Origin: a virus
Direction: 5' to 3' (one strand)
Virus record (IMG/VR): IMGVR_UViG_3300007276_000043
Location: 12,464-76,463 of that record
DNA length: 64,000 nucleotides
Below, piece after piece: positions 18,804 through 27,760 of this stretch. Position numbers and translations under genes: made by a program. How positions within the stretch are numbered: the stretch's first letter is position 1; each line of letters starts with the position of its first letter. The notes under the pieces were generated by a model. That model saw only the letters and a list, made by a program, of their open reading frames with translations. It ran no database searches and was not told the DNA's origin.

Positions 18804-19256
18804 CTAAAAAGTGCTACACGCAGCGAAAGCTCTCGTATGTGCAGTGCTACGAACAAATGCAACTCGATCAACTCCAACAATTTCATATGTTCGATATTCT
18901 CTCTCATCTGGAGTTATATCGGCAGGGTCTGCATGGCCTGAGTCAGCAGGGGCCGGAATAGTAATGGCGGTGGGGGCAGTGTTAGTACCAACCGGTTGAA
19001 ATGACTGCGGAAGTTCAAACCATCTTTGAAAAGCGTGGGTGTAACCATATACCTTTACGGTTCCCGGTGTACCACCATTATTGTCTTCAGTTAGAACATG
19101 AAGGTATCTTTGATTTTCAGTGGCATACCCTGTGGTTGTTGCCGTAACACCTAACAAGTCACCCGCAACACTAAATGTAACTTCAGTTGATGGTGGGCCT
19201 GCTAAATTTTTTGGGCCTCTTGTCCTTCCCCAGCTTGCTGCCTTATATACTGACAT
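18804..19256 (-). CDS. Hypothetical protein, probably virion-associated
   Basis: AGGAG SD, upstream octamer, first gene of the fibre array. Confidence 0.6.
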   Translation of the reverse strand: MSVYKAASWGRTRGPKNLAGPPSTEVTFSVAGDLLGVTATTTGYATENQRYLHVLTEDNNGGTPGTVKVYGYTHAFQRWFELPQSFQPVGTNTAPTAITIPAPADSGHADPADITPDEREYRTYEIVGVDRVAFVRSTAHTRAFAACSTF

Positions 19257-19285
19257 TTGTTCTCTCCTATAATACTATTTACAAA

Positions 19286-19501
19286 CTAAATAGTTCGTTT
19301 CCTTTGTTTTGCTAACTCTTTTCGGCGTCTTGCATCTGATCGTTTCTTGGCTTTTCTTTTTCTTTCCGAGGGCTTGATATAGTGGCGACGTTCTTTGGCC
19401 TCATCAATGATACCCAATTTCTTAACTTTTTTATTAAATCTTTTTATTACTCTCTCGATGTTTTCATTCTTTCGAGGTTTTACTTTATAATTACAAGCCA
19501 T
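19286..19501 (-). CDS. rpsU: Phage-encoded 30S ribosomal protein bS21
   Basis: 71 aa, very basic: V..RKNENIERVIKRFNKKVKKLGIIDEAKERRHYIKPSERKRK matches the S21 signature. Confidence 0.92.
   Translation of the reverse strand: MACNYKVKPRKNENIERVIKRFNKKVKKLGIIDEAKERRHYIKPSERKRKAKKRSDARRRKELAKQRKRTI
19287..19294 (-). promoter_or_regulatory. Putative late-promoter octamer ACTATTTA overlapping the bS21 stop; inverted copy at 19274-19281
   Basis: ACTATTTA-caaac-TAAATAGT palindrome. Confidence 0.6.
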
Positions 19502-19502
19502 G

Positions 19503-19925
19503 TTATTTACCTACTACCTTTTTCCAATTGTGTGCGGATCCCATTAAAGAACTGATGTCAACACCGGGATCACTTGGTGCTATATCGCTCAGAGGTCCTT
19601 GTGTCTGTGGTTGCCCTGGGGATGGGCCTGCTCTTGTCGGTGTTGTCCCCTCAAATACATTTACACCGTTATAAGCATCCGTTCCAATAGAATCAAGAAG
19701 CTTTCGTTTTTGTTCCAATAGCCGCTTTCTTTTAGCTTCTTGGGCTGCTGAGTTATCTATCTGTGGTTTTTGTTTGGGTTGTTTTGTTTCAACAATACGA
19801 GTACTAGCAGTGCCTTTCATAACCTCTGCTATCACTGTTGATAGAATGCCCTCTTCTAGCAATACTTCATTGATACATTGTTTTACTAAAGGTTTGAGAA
19901 CCTTTTTCAATTCGTCTTTATTCAT
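19503..19925 (-). CDS. Hypothetical head-module protein
   Basis: N-terminal ELKKVLKPLVKQCINEVLLE tag; between protease and bS21. Confidence 0.65.
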   Translation of the reverse strand: MNKDELKKVLKPLVKQCINEVLLEEGILSTVIAEVMKGTASTRIVETKQPKQKPQIDNSAAQEAKRKRLLEQKRKLLDSIGTDAYNGVNVFEGTTPTRAGPSPGQPQTQGPLSDIAPSDPGVDISSLMGSAHNWKKVVGK

Positions 19926-19937
19926 TATTGCCTCAGA

Positions 19938-20561
19938 TTAGTCTTTTAAAATCTTTTTAAATAAGTCTCCGATAATTTCGGTCTTATTTTCATTAATTTT
20001 CTTCTCATAAATAGAAGTGGAGATACTTTTTGGTTTATTATCGGGATAAATATAAGCATCAGGTGTTGAAGGTTCAGATACAATATCAAAACAAATTAGT
20101 TCAAAATCTTCTTGAACCATAGAAGCACCCATTTGTTCTTGGACGGAACCCATACCTCTTGACGAGATACCAAGCTTAACACCGGAGTTAACAAGGTCTT
20201 TTACAACTTTGCCTGATGGTGTGTCCAAAATTTTGATCTTTCCGATAACATCGTTACCATCCCACCAAATATCGGTAATTAAATGAGATACATTACGAAG
20301 ATTAATAACTGAATCGTCTGGGTGATCTAGTTCTCCTAATGCTCTGTTGTCTTTTACAACATTCTCATATTTTTGTATTTCTCTTCTCAAAACATTACAG
20401 GGGTAGATTCTACCATTACCATTCTTCTTCTCGCAAGTTTGAATGCGACCGGAAAGATAAAGGGCACCATCGGCAACTTCCTTTTTCTCTCTTTCGGTTA
20501 AAAGATCTTGGCAGATTCCGTCTTTACATAATTCATAAAATTCTGTTAAAAGTTTTTTCAT
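19938..20561 (-). CDS. Prohead core protease (gp21-like)
   Basis: NGNGRIYP, ALGELDHP, SHLIT, GISSRGMGS, FDIVSEPSTPDAY. Confidence 0.95.
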   Translation of the reverse strand: MKKLLTEFYELCKDGICQDLLTEREKKEVADGALYLSGRIQTCEKKNGNGRIYPCNVLRREIQKYENVVKDNRALGELDHPDDSVINLRNVSHLITDIWWDGNDVIGKIKILDTPSGKVVKDLVNSGVKLGISSRGMGSVQEQMGASMVQEDFELICFDIVSEPSTPDAYIYPDNKPKSISTSIYEKKINENKTEIIGDLFKKILKD

Positions 20562-20572
20562 TAGTTTGTCCC

Positions 20573-20851
20573 TTAGTTAGCAGGTATATTCATTTTCTTT
20601 GCTTTTTTATAAACAAGATCAAGCCCATCCATATCTTTCTTTTTTGCCATATTATGTATCATTTCCATTTCACCATCTGGACCATATTGATATCTTGTTA
20701 AAAGAACTCCAACAATATCATCACGACCAATTGCTTTTAAATCGGCTTTCAATTGTTCCATTTCTTTTGAATTCCACTCATATGAACCTTCTCGTAATGA
20801 GTTTAATTCTTCTTTAATAATCTCTATCAATCTTTCTTTTGTAATCTTCAT
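20573..20851 (-). CDS. Hypothetical protein with MKITKERLIEIIKEEL tag
   Basis: AAGGA SD; tag shared with other small ORFs. Confidence 0.7.
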   Translation of the reverse strand: MKITKERLIEIIKEELNSLREGSYEWNSKEMEQLKADLKAIGRDDIVGVLLTRYQYGPDGEMEMIHNMAKKKDMDGLDLVYKKAKKMNIPAN

Positions 20852-20865
20852 TATTATAATTCCTT

Positions 20866-20893
20866 AAAAAATAAAAAACGGGCGCAACCCGTT
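20866..20893 (-). terminator. Probable Rho-independent terminator
   Basis: AACGGG-TTGCG-CCCGTT-TTTTATTTTTT on the minus strand. Confidence 0.65.
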
Positions 20894-20897
20894 CGAG

Positions 20898-20957
20898 TTA
20901 GGATCCAGAACAGCAGCGACGAACTGGTTGAAGCATCCATTTAGTTGTCCAAGTCAT
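20898..20957 (-). CDS. 19-aa micro-ORF MTWTTKWMLQPVRRCCSGS
   Basis: ATGA overlap with upstream stop, GGAGAGGA SD, stop immediately before terminator; below ORF-track cutoff. Confidence 0.55.
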   Translation of the reverse strand: MTWTTKWMLQPVRRCCSGS

Positions 20958-21331
20958 TTGTCCTCTCCTGTTTTGTTAATTTTTAAACCACCATCATTAA
21001 TTAGCATAGATAATATGTATGAAGTTCCCGAAGCAACCCAGCCACATATAAACATATTTCCAATGGAGTATTTGAAAGTAAATAGTTCTGTCCATCCGTT
21101 TATGAAAAACAAAAACATTCCTACCCAAAATCCCATACACATGGCACAATTCGCCATATATCCAATAAGACCGTATTGGTCTCTCCGGGGGCGGATTTTT
21201 TCAAATATTTTAGAATAAACTAAAATCTGTGTTAGTCCGTATGCGGCTAAAATAAACCAAATCATTCCCATATCAAACTCTACCATATTAAGATCGTCTG
21301 CGATGTTTATATTGCTACTATCAATATTCAT
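20954..21331 (-). CDS. Membrane protein with CxxC (DUF1360-like)
   Basis: Three hydrophobic segments; IFEKIR...NCAMCMGFWVG. Confidence 0.65.
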   Translation of the reverse strand: MNIDSSNINIADDLNMVEFDMGMIWFILAAYGLTQILVYSKIFEKIRPRRDQYGLIGYMANCAMCMGFWVGMFLFFINGWTELFTFKYSIGNMFICGWVASGTSYILSMLINDGGLKINKTGEDK

Positions 21332-21334
21332 TTT

Positions 21335-21925
21335 CTACTCATATGAATACCGACCATAAATATAAGACCCAAATACATCGCTTTGAGGTATTGACCCTTT
21401 TTCAGTTTCTTGTGGAACTTCGCCGAGTTCAGTTGAATTTGCAGCATCAGGGTCAAGCAACGCATCATCCATCATATCGTCGTATGCTTCCATTGCTTTA
21501 AAGTATGGTCGCTCTCCGTCCATCCATTGGCTGATTTCATATAAAGAAGCTTTGACCGAATCAAGCTCTGTTGATTCTAAAATTTTAGCCTCAAGGGACC
21601 CGTAGACATTACCGCCTTGAATTGAATCAAAAGCAACAACACCCTTTTTCTTGAGGTGATCAAATAGTCGGCTCTCTGCTCCATAAACCACTTCGGACAT
21701 TAAATCTTTAGCAAAGGCAACAATCTTATTTGATTCAAGCATAACAACGATATCAATATCAGCATGATCAAAGATCATTAAGTCGCCGTTCAGAGCCCTT
21801 CGCATATTTAATTTAAATTCCAGCATTTGTCTATTGGGATCAACGATCTTAATATTAACCGTCTCGTTTGCTGGCTGTTCGATTGGTTCTGGGGTAGGAT
21901 CGGTAATATTTACTTTAATAGCCAT
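21335..21925 (-). CDS. Hypothetical head-module protein
   Basis: Translationally coupled (TAATG) ORF in the portal operon. Confidence 0.65.
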   Translation of the reverse strand: MAIKVNITDPTPEPIEQPANETVNIKIVDPNRQMLEFKLNMRRALNGDLMIFDHADIDIVVMLESNKIVAFAKDLMSEVVYGAESRLFDHLKKKGVVAFDSIQGGNVYGSLEAKILESTELDSVKASLYEISQWMDGERPYFKAMEAYDDMMDDALLDPDAANSTELGEVPQETEKGSIPQSDVFGSYIYGRYSYE

Positions 21926-22749
21926 TATTCGAGCACCTCAGAAACAAAATCTTGAATATAAAATACTTCTTTTACCAATTCTTCGGTAATTGGAGTTTTC
22001 TTATAATTTTCAAGCTTCTCAAGAATTCTTTGAGTATTATTATAGAATTCTTTATTATTTTTAATTTTATCTGTCTCGGAACATTTTGAGACTTGTTCCT
22101 TGAGTCGGGCCACTTCTTCGTTCAAAAACGATTTAAGACCAAGGCCGTTATCTGAGAAAGATGTGATATAGTTTGTTAAGAGATCCTTTTGTTCTTTACG
22201 AAGGGTATTATCATAAGTTTCATTAAATTTGTTAACGAATGTCTTATACTCCAAACTATCAATATGTTTCATTTCTTGCTTTTCTTCTGTCTTTGTAGAA
22301 GCAAGCATTCCAACGACTCTTTGTTCCAAAATCAAACGAGTTTTAGCATTAGCACCCTCTGAATTGAAATACTGATACAAAGATCCGATGTTCTTATAAT
22401 TTGATATAAAGTTTGAGAAAACAGCATTAGAATAAGATTCGTTGATCTCTTTAATTAAAGCGGTCTGTTGGTTGAAGATTTCTTTCTTATCAAGATTATT
22501 GAAATCTTTTTTGACCTCAAACAAAAATCTTTGAGAAAGATTCGGAGACATTACTTCTGCTTCTAATACAGATTTGTAGATTTCCAATTCTTTTTTAAGC
22601 GGAGAACCAGCATTAAAATATTTTTTAATGGTCTCCAGCACTTTTTGTTTTTTCTCTTCTTGTCCTCGGACAATTGCTTTTGTTAATTCTGTGATTAATG
22701 ATTCGTAAAGAAAAGCGGTATTTCTTTTCTTATTGTGTCTTACTCTCAT
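21925..22749 (-). CDS. Hypothetical helical protein downstream of portal
   Basis: 274 aa, HNKKRNTAFLYE start; overlaps portal stop. Confidence 0.7.
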   Translation of the reverse strand: MRVRHNKKRNTAFLYESLITELTKAIVRGQEEKKQKVLETIKKYFNAGSPLKKELEIYKSVLEAEVMSPNLSQRFLFEVKKDFNNLDKKEIFNQQTALIKEINESYSNAVFSNFISNYKNIGSLYQYFNSEGANAKTRLILEQRVVGMLASTKTEEKQEMKHIDSLEYKTFVNKFNETYDNTLRKEQKDLLTNYITSFSDNGLGLKSFLNEEVARLKEQVSKCSETDKIKNNKEFYNNTQRILEKLENYKKTPITEELVKEVFYIQDFVSEVLE

Positions 22750-24661
22750 TTTCTGTGTTCTCCGATTTGTTTAAGCCTTCTAAAAGCTTCTTTATTTCTG
22801 TTGATGTTTTAAATAGTTTTTCTTCTTCTATTTTGTCCAATGATTTATTTTCTGTTATACCTCTGGCTAATGAGTCCAGCCCACCATAGCCAGTCTTACC
22901 TTTATAAATACTTCTGGTTGTGTTTCCAAACTCGCCTGTGGCTTGATTTTTCATATGTTTAGAAAAGCCGCCTTTGCGATATTTTAACTGATGTTTCTTA
23001 TATGGACCTCTGGTTTTATCGTCGTCTCGTTTACCGGGGGCAGCGAGAAGAGTACCATCGTCTTCAGCAGCAGCGGGTTCTTCGGCAGCACCTTCGTCCC
23101 CGCCAAGATCAAGTTCATCACCGCCGCCAAGATCAAGTTCATCACCGCCAGTATCATCACCGCCGAGGTCAAGGTCTCCACCGCCGCCAGTGGCTTCGGG
23201 TGCTTGTCCAGCGGCTTCAAGTCCAGCCATAAACTTTCTATCATAGAACATTTCTCTTTGCATTCTAATGAATTCGTCTTCGGAGATACCAAACATATGT
23301 TCAGCGATCCATCGCATGGAAAAGAACCCTTCAGTAGCAGCACCGGCGACATCAAATTTGGTTTTCCAATGTTCAAGTTCTTGGAGTTCAGCGATCTTTG
23401 AAGGATTATTCAAAGCAAGGTCAAATGCTAAAAGATCGTCTCCTCTGAAGCCTAAAGTAAAAAGATGAATAATTCCAATTTTTTCCAATTCTGAAATAAC
23501 AACTCTTTGTAATCTTTGAATTGTTCTGGCGAAACGAATATCCTTTTGTGCTAAAGTTGTTTTATCCTCTGAGGATCCTTCGCCCATAACAAGATATGAT
23601 TGGGGAACTTTAAGAGCAGCAAATAATTTTTCTCTTAAATACTTAACATCTTCTACGGTTCCTGTAAATTGACCACCGGGGAGGTTTTGTATTTCTGTTC
23701 CAGAAGCACCACCGCGAATAGGAATAAAGTAATCTTCTTCAATTGATAAGGGATTATAGCGAAGATCAACTCGACCAGTTTTTGGATCAACAACTTGATG
23801 TCGTTTCATTTGAGTCATAACTTTCTGCATATACTGTTCAACATCGTTTGGTGCGATATTTCCAACATCAATTTTAAACACTCGTCTTTCTGGGCTTCTT
23901 ACAATTCTATATGCCATCATAGCATCTTCAAGAAGAGTTAATTGTCTCCAGATACGACGGGCAGGCTCAAGAACCGAAGTTCCATAAGGAGAATGCTTGT
24001 CGTTACCAAGAATGCGGAAATGAGCCATTTGCCAGTTTTCAAGAGTCATACCGGCACTATTCCATTGATATTGGACATAATTTGGGTTTGTCTCATCTTC
24101 TCCCTCTAATCTTTCAATTTCTTGGGGAGGTAGACCGATTACGCTTCTGATTCCCATTTTGTCATCAATGTCCAAATATAAAAACAAATCCCCATACTTA
24201 CACATTGTACGAGACCAACCAAAGAGATTGTGGTCAATGTTTAAAACATTATGATACAAAGAGTGTAAAATAGACTTTATTTCTTCATTAGGGCACTTAA
24301 TTCTTAACATGGGTTGTAAAGAAGAATGAGTGGTCATTTCATCAGCATAAATATCAATAGCAGAAGCAATGATAGGTTCATATTCCATTTGGTCAAAATC
24401 GACATACCTCTCAGAACGACCCCTGTTGGAAATCATATTAAGAGTGGTCACATTCATTGGGTTGTATTCTGACTTCTTAAATTGTTGTCCGGAAGCAGAT
24501 TTAAACTTAGAAGAATAAATATCCAAATGTCTTCTTCTTAATTGGCGACCCGATTGTGTTCGTCTCTGTGTTAGTGGACCAGAGAGCAATCTTGTTAGTT
24601 GCTTAAATAATCCTGATTCGTCATTATATGGGTTTCTTGTATTCTTTCTTCTTGGGGCCAT
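22730..24661 (-). CDS. Portal protein (gp20-like)
   Basis: LLEDAMMAYRIVRSPERRVFKIDVGN, EDYFIPIRG, DVKYLREKLFAALKVP, DIRFARTIQRLQ. Confidence 0.96.
   Translation of the reverse strand: MAPRRKNTRNPYNDESGLFKQLTRLLSGPLTQRRTQSGRQLRRRHLDIYSSKFKSASGQQFKKSEYNPMNVTTLNMISNRGRSERYVDFDQMEYEPIIASAIDIYADEMTTHSSLQPMLRIKCPNEEIKSILHSLYHNVLNIDHNLFGWSRTMCKYGDLFLYLDIDDKMGIRSVIGLPPQEIERLEGEDETNPNYVQYQWNSAGMTLENWQMAHFRILGNDKHSPYGTSVLEPARRIWRQLTLLEDAMMAYRIVRSPERRVFKIDVGNIAPNDVEQYMQKVMTQMKRHQVVDPKTGRVDLRYNPLSIEEDYFIPIRGGASGTEIQNLPGGQFTGTVEDVKYLREKLFAALKVPQSYLVMGEGSSEDKTTLAQKDIRFARTIQRLQRVVISELEKIGIIHLFTLGFRGDDLLAFDLALNNPSKIAELQELEHWKTKFDVAGAATEGFFSMRWIAEHMFGISEDEFIRMQREMFYDRKFMAGLEAAGQAPEATGGGGDLDLGGDDTGGDELDLGGGDELDLGGDEGAAEEPAAAEDDGTLLAAPGKRDDDKTRGPYKKHQLKYRKGGFSKHMKNQATGEFGNTTRSIYKGKTGYGGLDSLARGITENKSLDKIEEEKLFKTSTEIKKLLEGLNKSENTENESKTQ
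23100..23147. repeat. 2 x 24-bp perfect tandem repeat in the portal C-terminal tail
   Basis: ccgccaagatcaagttcatcaccg twice, encoding GDELDLGG units. Confidence 0.9.
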
Positions 24662-24666
24662 TTTAT

Positions 24667-26250
24667 TTATCCTTTAAAAATCCAAACAAAATCACTCATT
24701 TGTTGTTTTGCTTCTAATTGTTTTTCTTTGATGTCTGATCCGTATCCATTCATTCCTTTAATTGAAGTGTTCATTGTGGTTTTGTTTAGATACATAGAAT
24801 TTAACATTGCTTTTTTATATTCTGCTTCTCTTTGATTTACTTGTAGTGCGGTATCTCTAACCCAACATGCGATAGCCAAAGACATAACCAAGTCGTCATG
24901 ATAAGATCGCATGGCTTGGGGTTTTCCATTTTTCCAAATAAAGGTTTTAAACTCATGAAAAGTTCTTGACGAATAAAGATTTATCATTTTATTTCTTATA
25001 AACTCCTCAAGTTTTGCTACAATCAAAGGACGAGTCTTTGTAGAAGTTGTGAAACCCGCTACAGCAGTGTCCATTGCTTCGCCTTGAACAGACTCCACAA
25101 ATTCATGTGTTGATTTGATTGAGTAATAAAGGTTGGGATACCCAAGAGTAATTAGTTTTTCCAAGATCGATATACCAATTCCGTTGTTTTCAACAACTAA
25201 AAGGCAATTTCCGTATTCCGTACCTGCACTGAACAACATTTGAGAGTACATATCAAGAGTTGGTTTGCCTTGGTATTCTGCTACAATTTCCATTGTTTCT
25301 AATTTTAAAACATGAAATACAGAATTATCAGCACCGTCGCCTCTAGCAACATCAGCAACAAGCATATAGGAAAACCCTTCTTCAAATTTCTCCCAAATCC
25401 AAAAGTTTCTATCATACCCTGTTCTATATACTGGTTCTCTAATTGTTTCGTTTATCCAAGCAATATCATCAGGGTGGATTACTGTGTCGCCTGATGTATT
25501 AAAGTTGCATTCTAACTCTTGTGCTATTTGTCTCCGAGACATATTTTTTGTCTCTTTGTTGAACCACTCATGGTTTCTTTCGGGGTGAACATCCCATGGA
25601 AGACAAACCGGGTGGAAATCGTTCTCTTTATTGTCGGCATCAATATAGGTTTTATGAAACCAGTTTCCAACACCGTTTGGAGTTGAAAGAGCAATGCAGC
25701 GACCACCAGTTGATAGAGTAGGATACAAACCAGTCCAGAGTTCTTTTAACCCATCAACGTGAGCAGCCTCATCAATTACCAAAAGCGAAAGAGCTTCAGA
25801 ACGACCGGCGTCGCCAGAAGTAGAAGCGGCTTTGATTTGTGATCCATTTGATAATTCAAATGATGTTCTGTTATCAATTGAAATTGTAGCCACTTGCATC
25901 CAAGGAGGCAGATTCTTCATTATAGCTTTTACTTTCTTTACCAAGTTGGCAGCAGTCGCAAATTTGGTTGCGATGACCAGAACATTTTTATCACGATGAA
26001 ACAACATAAGCCACACACAATATGCGGCTGTAATAGTTGAAATGCCCAACTGTCGGGCTTTTAGTATAACTGTAAAGCGGAAATCATTGTAGTCGTTTAA
26101 TAAATCATCTTGATACGGATAAGTTTTAAACGGAACGAGTCCTTTCAGTGGGTGTGAGATCCTACAAAAATTATTTGTAAAGTAAACTGGATCTTTCCCG
26201 CATTTAAGGATTTCTTTTACAATCTCCTTTTTTGAGAGTTTAAAAGACAT
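24667..26250 (-). CDS. terL: Terminase large subunit (gp17-like)
   Basis: KARQLGIST Walker A, LLVIDEAAH Walker B, STPNG, QELEC.F, ADVARGDG.D, VENN, HDDLVMS. Confidence 0.96.
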   Translation of the reverse strand: MSFKLSKKEIVKEILKCGKDPVYFTNNFCRISHPLKGLVPFKTYPYQDDLLNDYNDFRFTVILKARQLGISTITAAYCVWLMLFHRDKNVLVIATKFATAANLVKKVKAIMKNLPPWMQVATISIDNRTSFELSNGSQIKAASTSGDAGRSEALSLLVIDEAAHVDGLKELWTGLYPTLSTGGRCIALSTPNGVGNWFHKTYIDADNKENDFHPVCLPWDVHPERNHEWFNKETKNMSRRQIAQELECNFNTSGDTVIHPDDIAWINETIREPVYRTGYDRNFWIWEKFEEGFSYMLVADVARGDGADNSVFHVLKLETMEIVAEYQGKPTLDMYSQMLFSAGTEYGNCLLVVENNGIGISILEKLITLGYPNLYYSIKSTHEFVESVQGEAMDTAVAGFTTSTKTRPLIVAKLEEFIRNKMINLYSSRTFHEFKTFIWKNGKPQAMRSYHDDLVMSLAIACWVRDTALQVNQREAEYKKAMLNSMYLNKTTMNTSIKGMNGYGSDIKEKQLEAKQQMSDFVWIFKG

Positions 26251-26792
26251 TATTTCCTAGTGTCGTTACTTGGCCTCTTTTTAGAACTAAGAGAAAGAAA
26301 ATCTCTGATTGATTTATCTACTGTGTCCTCGGAAGGAGACAAGATTGGTTCTGAATCAACACCGGAGATTTTATACCATTGGTATGCCTGTACCCAAGAA
26401 TGAACACGGGAAACAGATTGCACTAACACTTTCATTTCGTCTTCTTTCATAAGAGTGATTTTAACTGATTCGCCAGTAATGGCTTTATATTCTTTTTGCA
26501 AGAACTTTTTAATTTCATTAATTCGTCTCGCGATTTCATCTTCAAACCCACCAGCATAAACTTCTTTGAGTTTAACTTCTGATTGATAATTGATGCACAT
26601 CGCATCACCAGAAAATTTAACTTTAAATCCATCAATAACTCTTGAATCAAGAATAGGATCGCCTTCTTCGCGATTAAGTCCCATTGATCGTGCTTTTCCA
26701 TCGGCAGCATATCGCTCGTCGTGTGAGCCGTCATATGAATTGGCTGCTGCTTGAGCAAGACCTTGTACGATTTTTAGTGTGTTTGAACTCAT
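26250..26792 (-). CDS. Hypothetical protein coupled to terminase
   Basis: TAATG overlap with terL start. Confidence 0.65.
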   Translation of the reverse strand: MSSNTLKIVQGLAQAAANSYDGSHDERYAADGKARSMGLNREEGDPILDSRVIDGFKVKFSGDAMCINYQSEVKLKEVYAGGFEDEIARRINEIKKFLQKEYKAITGESVKITLMKEDEMKVLVQSVSRVHSWVQAYQWYKISGVDSEPILSPSEDTVDKSIRDFLSLSSKKRPSNDTRK

Positions 26793-26899
26793 TTGCTTAT
26801 TTCCTCTTCTGTGTTTTGCTCTTCAGAGGCATCTTGTGTTGTAAGTTTTTCAAGTTCTTCTTTAATAATTTGCTTGAGTTGTTCTTTAGTGAGTTTCAT
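26789..26899 (-). CDS. 36-aa micro-ORF MKLTKEQLKQIIKEELEKLTTQDASEEQNTEEEISK
   Basis: Exactly fills the gap with ATGA overlaps at both ends; GGAG SD; carries the IIKEEL tag; absent from the ORF track. Confidence 0.8.
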   Translation of the reverse strand: MKLTKEQLKQIIKEELEKLTTQDASEEQNTEEEISK

Positions 26900-27273
26900 T
26901 TTTTGGGTCTCCAACCTTTTTTCCATCTATCTTCCCGACCTTCAATCCACTGTATGTAACACTTTTCGCAGCAATCAAACTTCGTCATATAGACATCATC
27001 GTTTGATTTAAAAGAGTATGTATTACAAACCGGACAAGATCGTTCGGATTCTTTATTAAGTAGTTTTTTGGGAATAAAAACCCCATTTACTTCTTCTCGA
27101 TCAAAATCTTCTTTGTCTTCATAGTATTTGTGTGTTTCTTTTAGTTGAGCCAAATACTCTTTTTCTTTCTCATCTGTCCAATTGCTCTTCGGGTGTTGTA
27201 TTGTTTCTTCACCATATTTCTTCGCAATTGCTTTCTCAACTTTTACTGTATAATTCGGATCTTTTTTGGTCAT
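26896..27273 (-). CDS. Hypothetical Zn-finger protein
   Basis: CPVC...CCEKC; ATGA-coupled. Confidence 0.7.
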   Translation of the reverse strand: MTKKDPNYTVKVEKAIAKKYGEETIQHPKSNWTDEKEKEYLAQLKETHKYYEDKEDFDREEVNGVFIPKKLLNKESERSCPVCNTYSFKSNDDVYMTKFDCCEKCYIQWIEGREDRWKKGWRPKK

Positions 27274-27701
27274 TGAATCCCCGGTTTAATCGCATACATA
27301 ATACCGATTGCTGCTCCTGCACCAACTGTGAAGCCACCAATAGCCCACCAATGGGCATTTGAAGGGCGAACATACTTTTCTAAACTCTGGATATGCTGGT
27401 CTCGAATATTAATAATCTCTTGATATTTTTGATTGTCTGCTTCTGATTTGGCATAGAAAATATCGTATTTGTACTGTTCTTCGGCTCTTACTTGACCAAT
27501 CTCAAAATCAACTCTCAGTTTGCACTCAAGGTTTTGAAATTGATTATCAACAATAATCTTGGATACAGCAGCATCGTTAAAAAGCCGCCCATCAAATGGT
27601 GCGACTTCGCCTTGTTTAATGTTACTAAATTTTGGTTTCTCGTCTTCGCCGTTTGCGGCAGAGGACCAAGTGAGCAAAGCTCCCATAAGTAGATACTTCA
27701 T
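27270..27701 (-). CDS. Exported/membrane-anchored hypothetical protein
   Basis: N-terminal signal-like segment, coiled coil, C-terminal TM (WWAIGGFTVGAGAAIGIMYAI); GGAG SD. Confidence 0.65.
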   Translation of the reverse strand: MKYLLMGALLTWSSAANGEDEKPKFSNIKQGEVAPFDGRLFNDAAVSKIIVDNQFQNLECKLRVDFEIGQVRAEEQYKYDIFYAKSEADNQKYQEIINIRDQHIQSLEKYVRPSNAHWWAIGGFTVGAGAAIGIMYAIKPGIQ

Positions 27702-27730
27702 GTTCTCTCCAAGATTAAAAGGATGAATGT

Positions 27731-27759
27731 ATTATAACATATTTTTAATAACTTGTCAA
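27731..27759 (-). promoter_or_regulatory. Consensus sigma70 promoter
   Basis: TTGACA-N17-TATAAT with TG extended -10. Confidence 0.9.
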
Positions 27760-27760
27760 G

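Noticed and set aside
23100-23180. CRISPR-like repeat
   Set aside because: In-frame tandem coding repeat with no spacers; no array seen anywhere in the window
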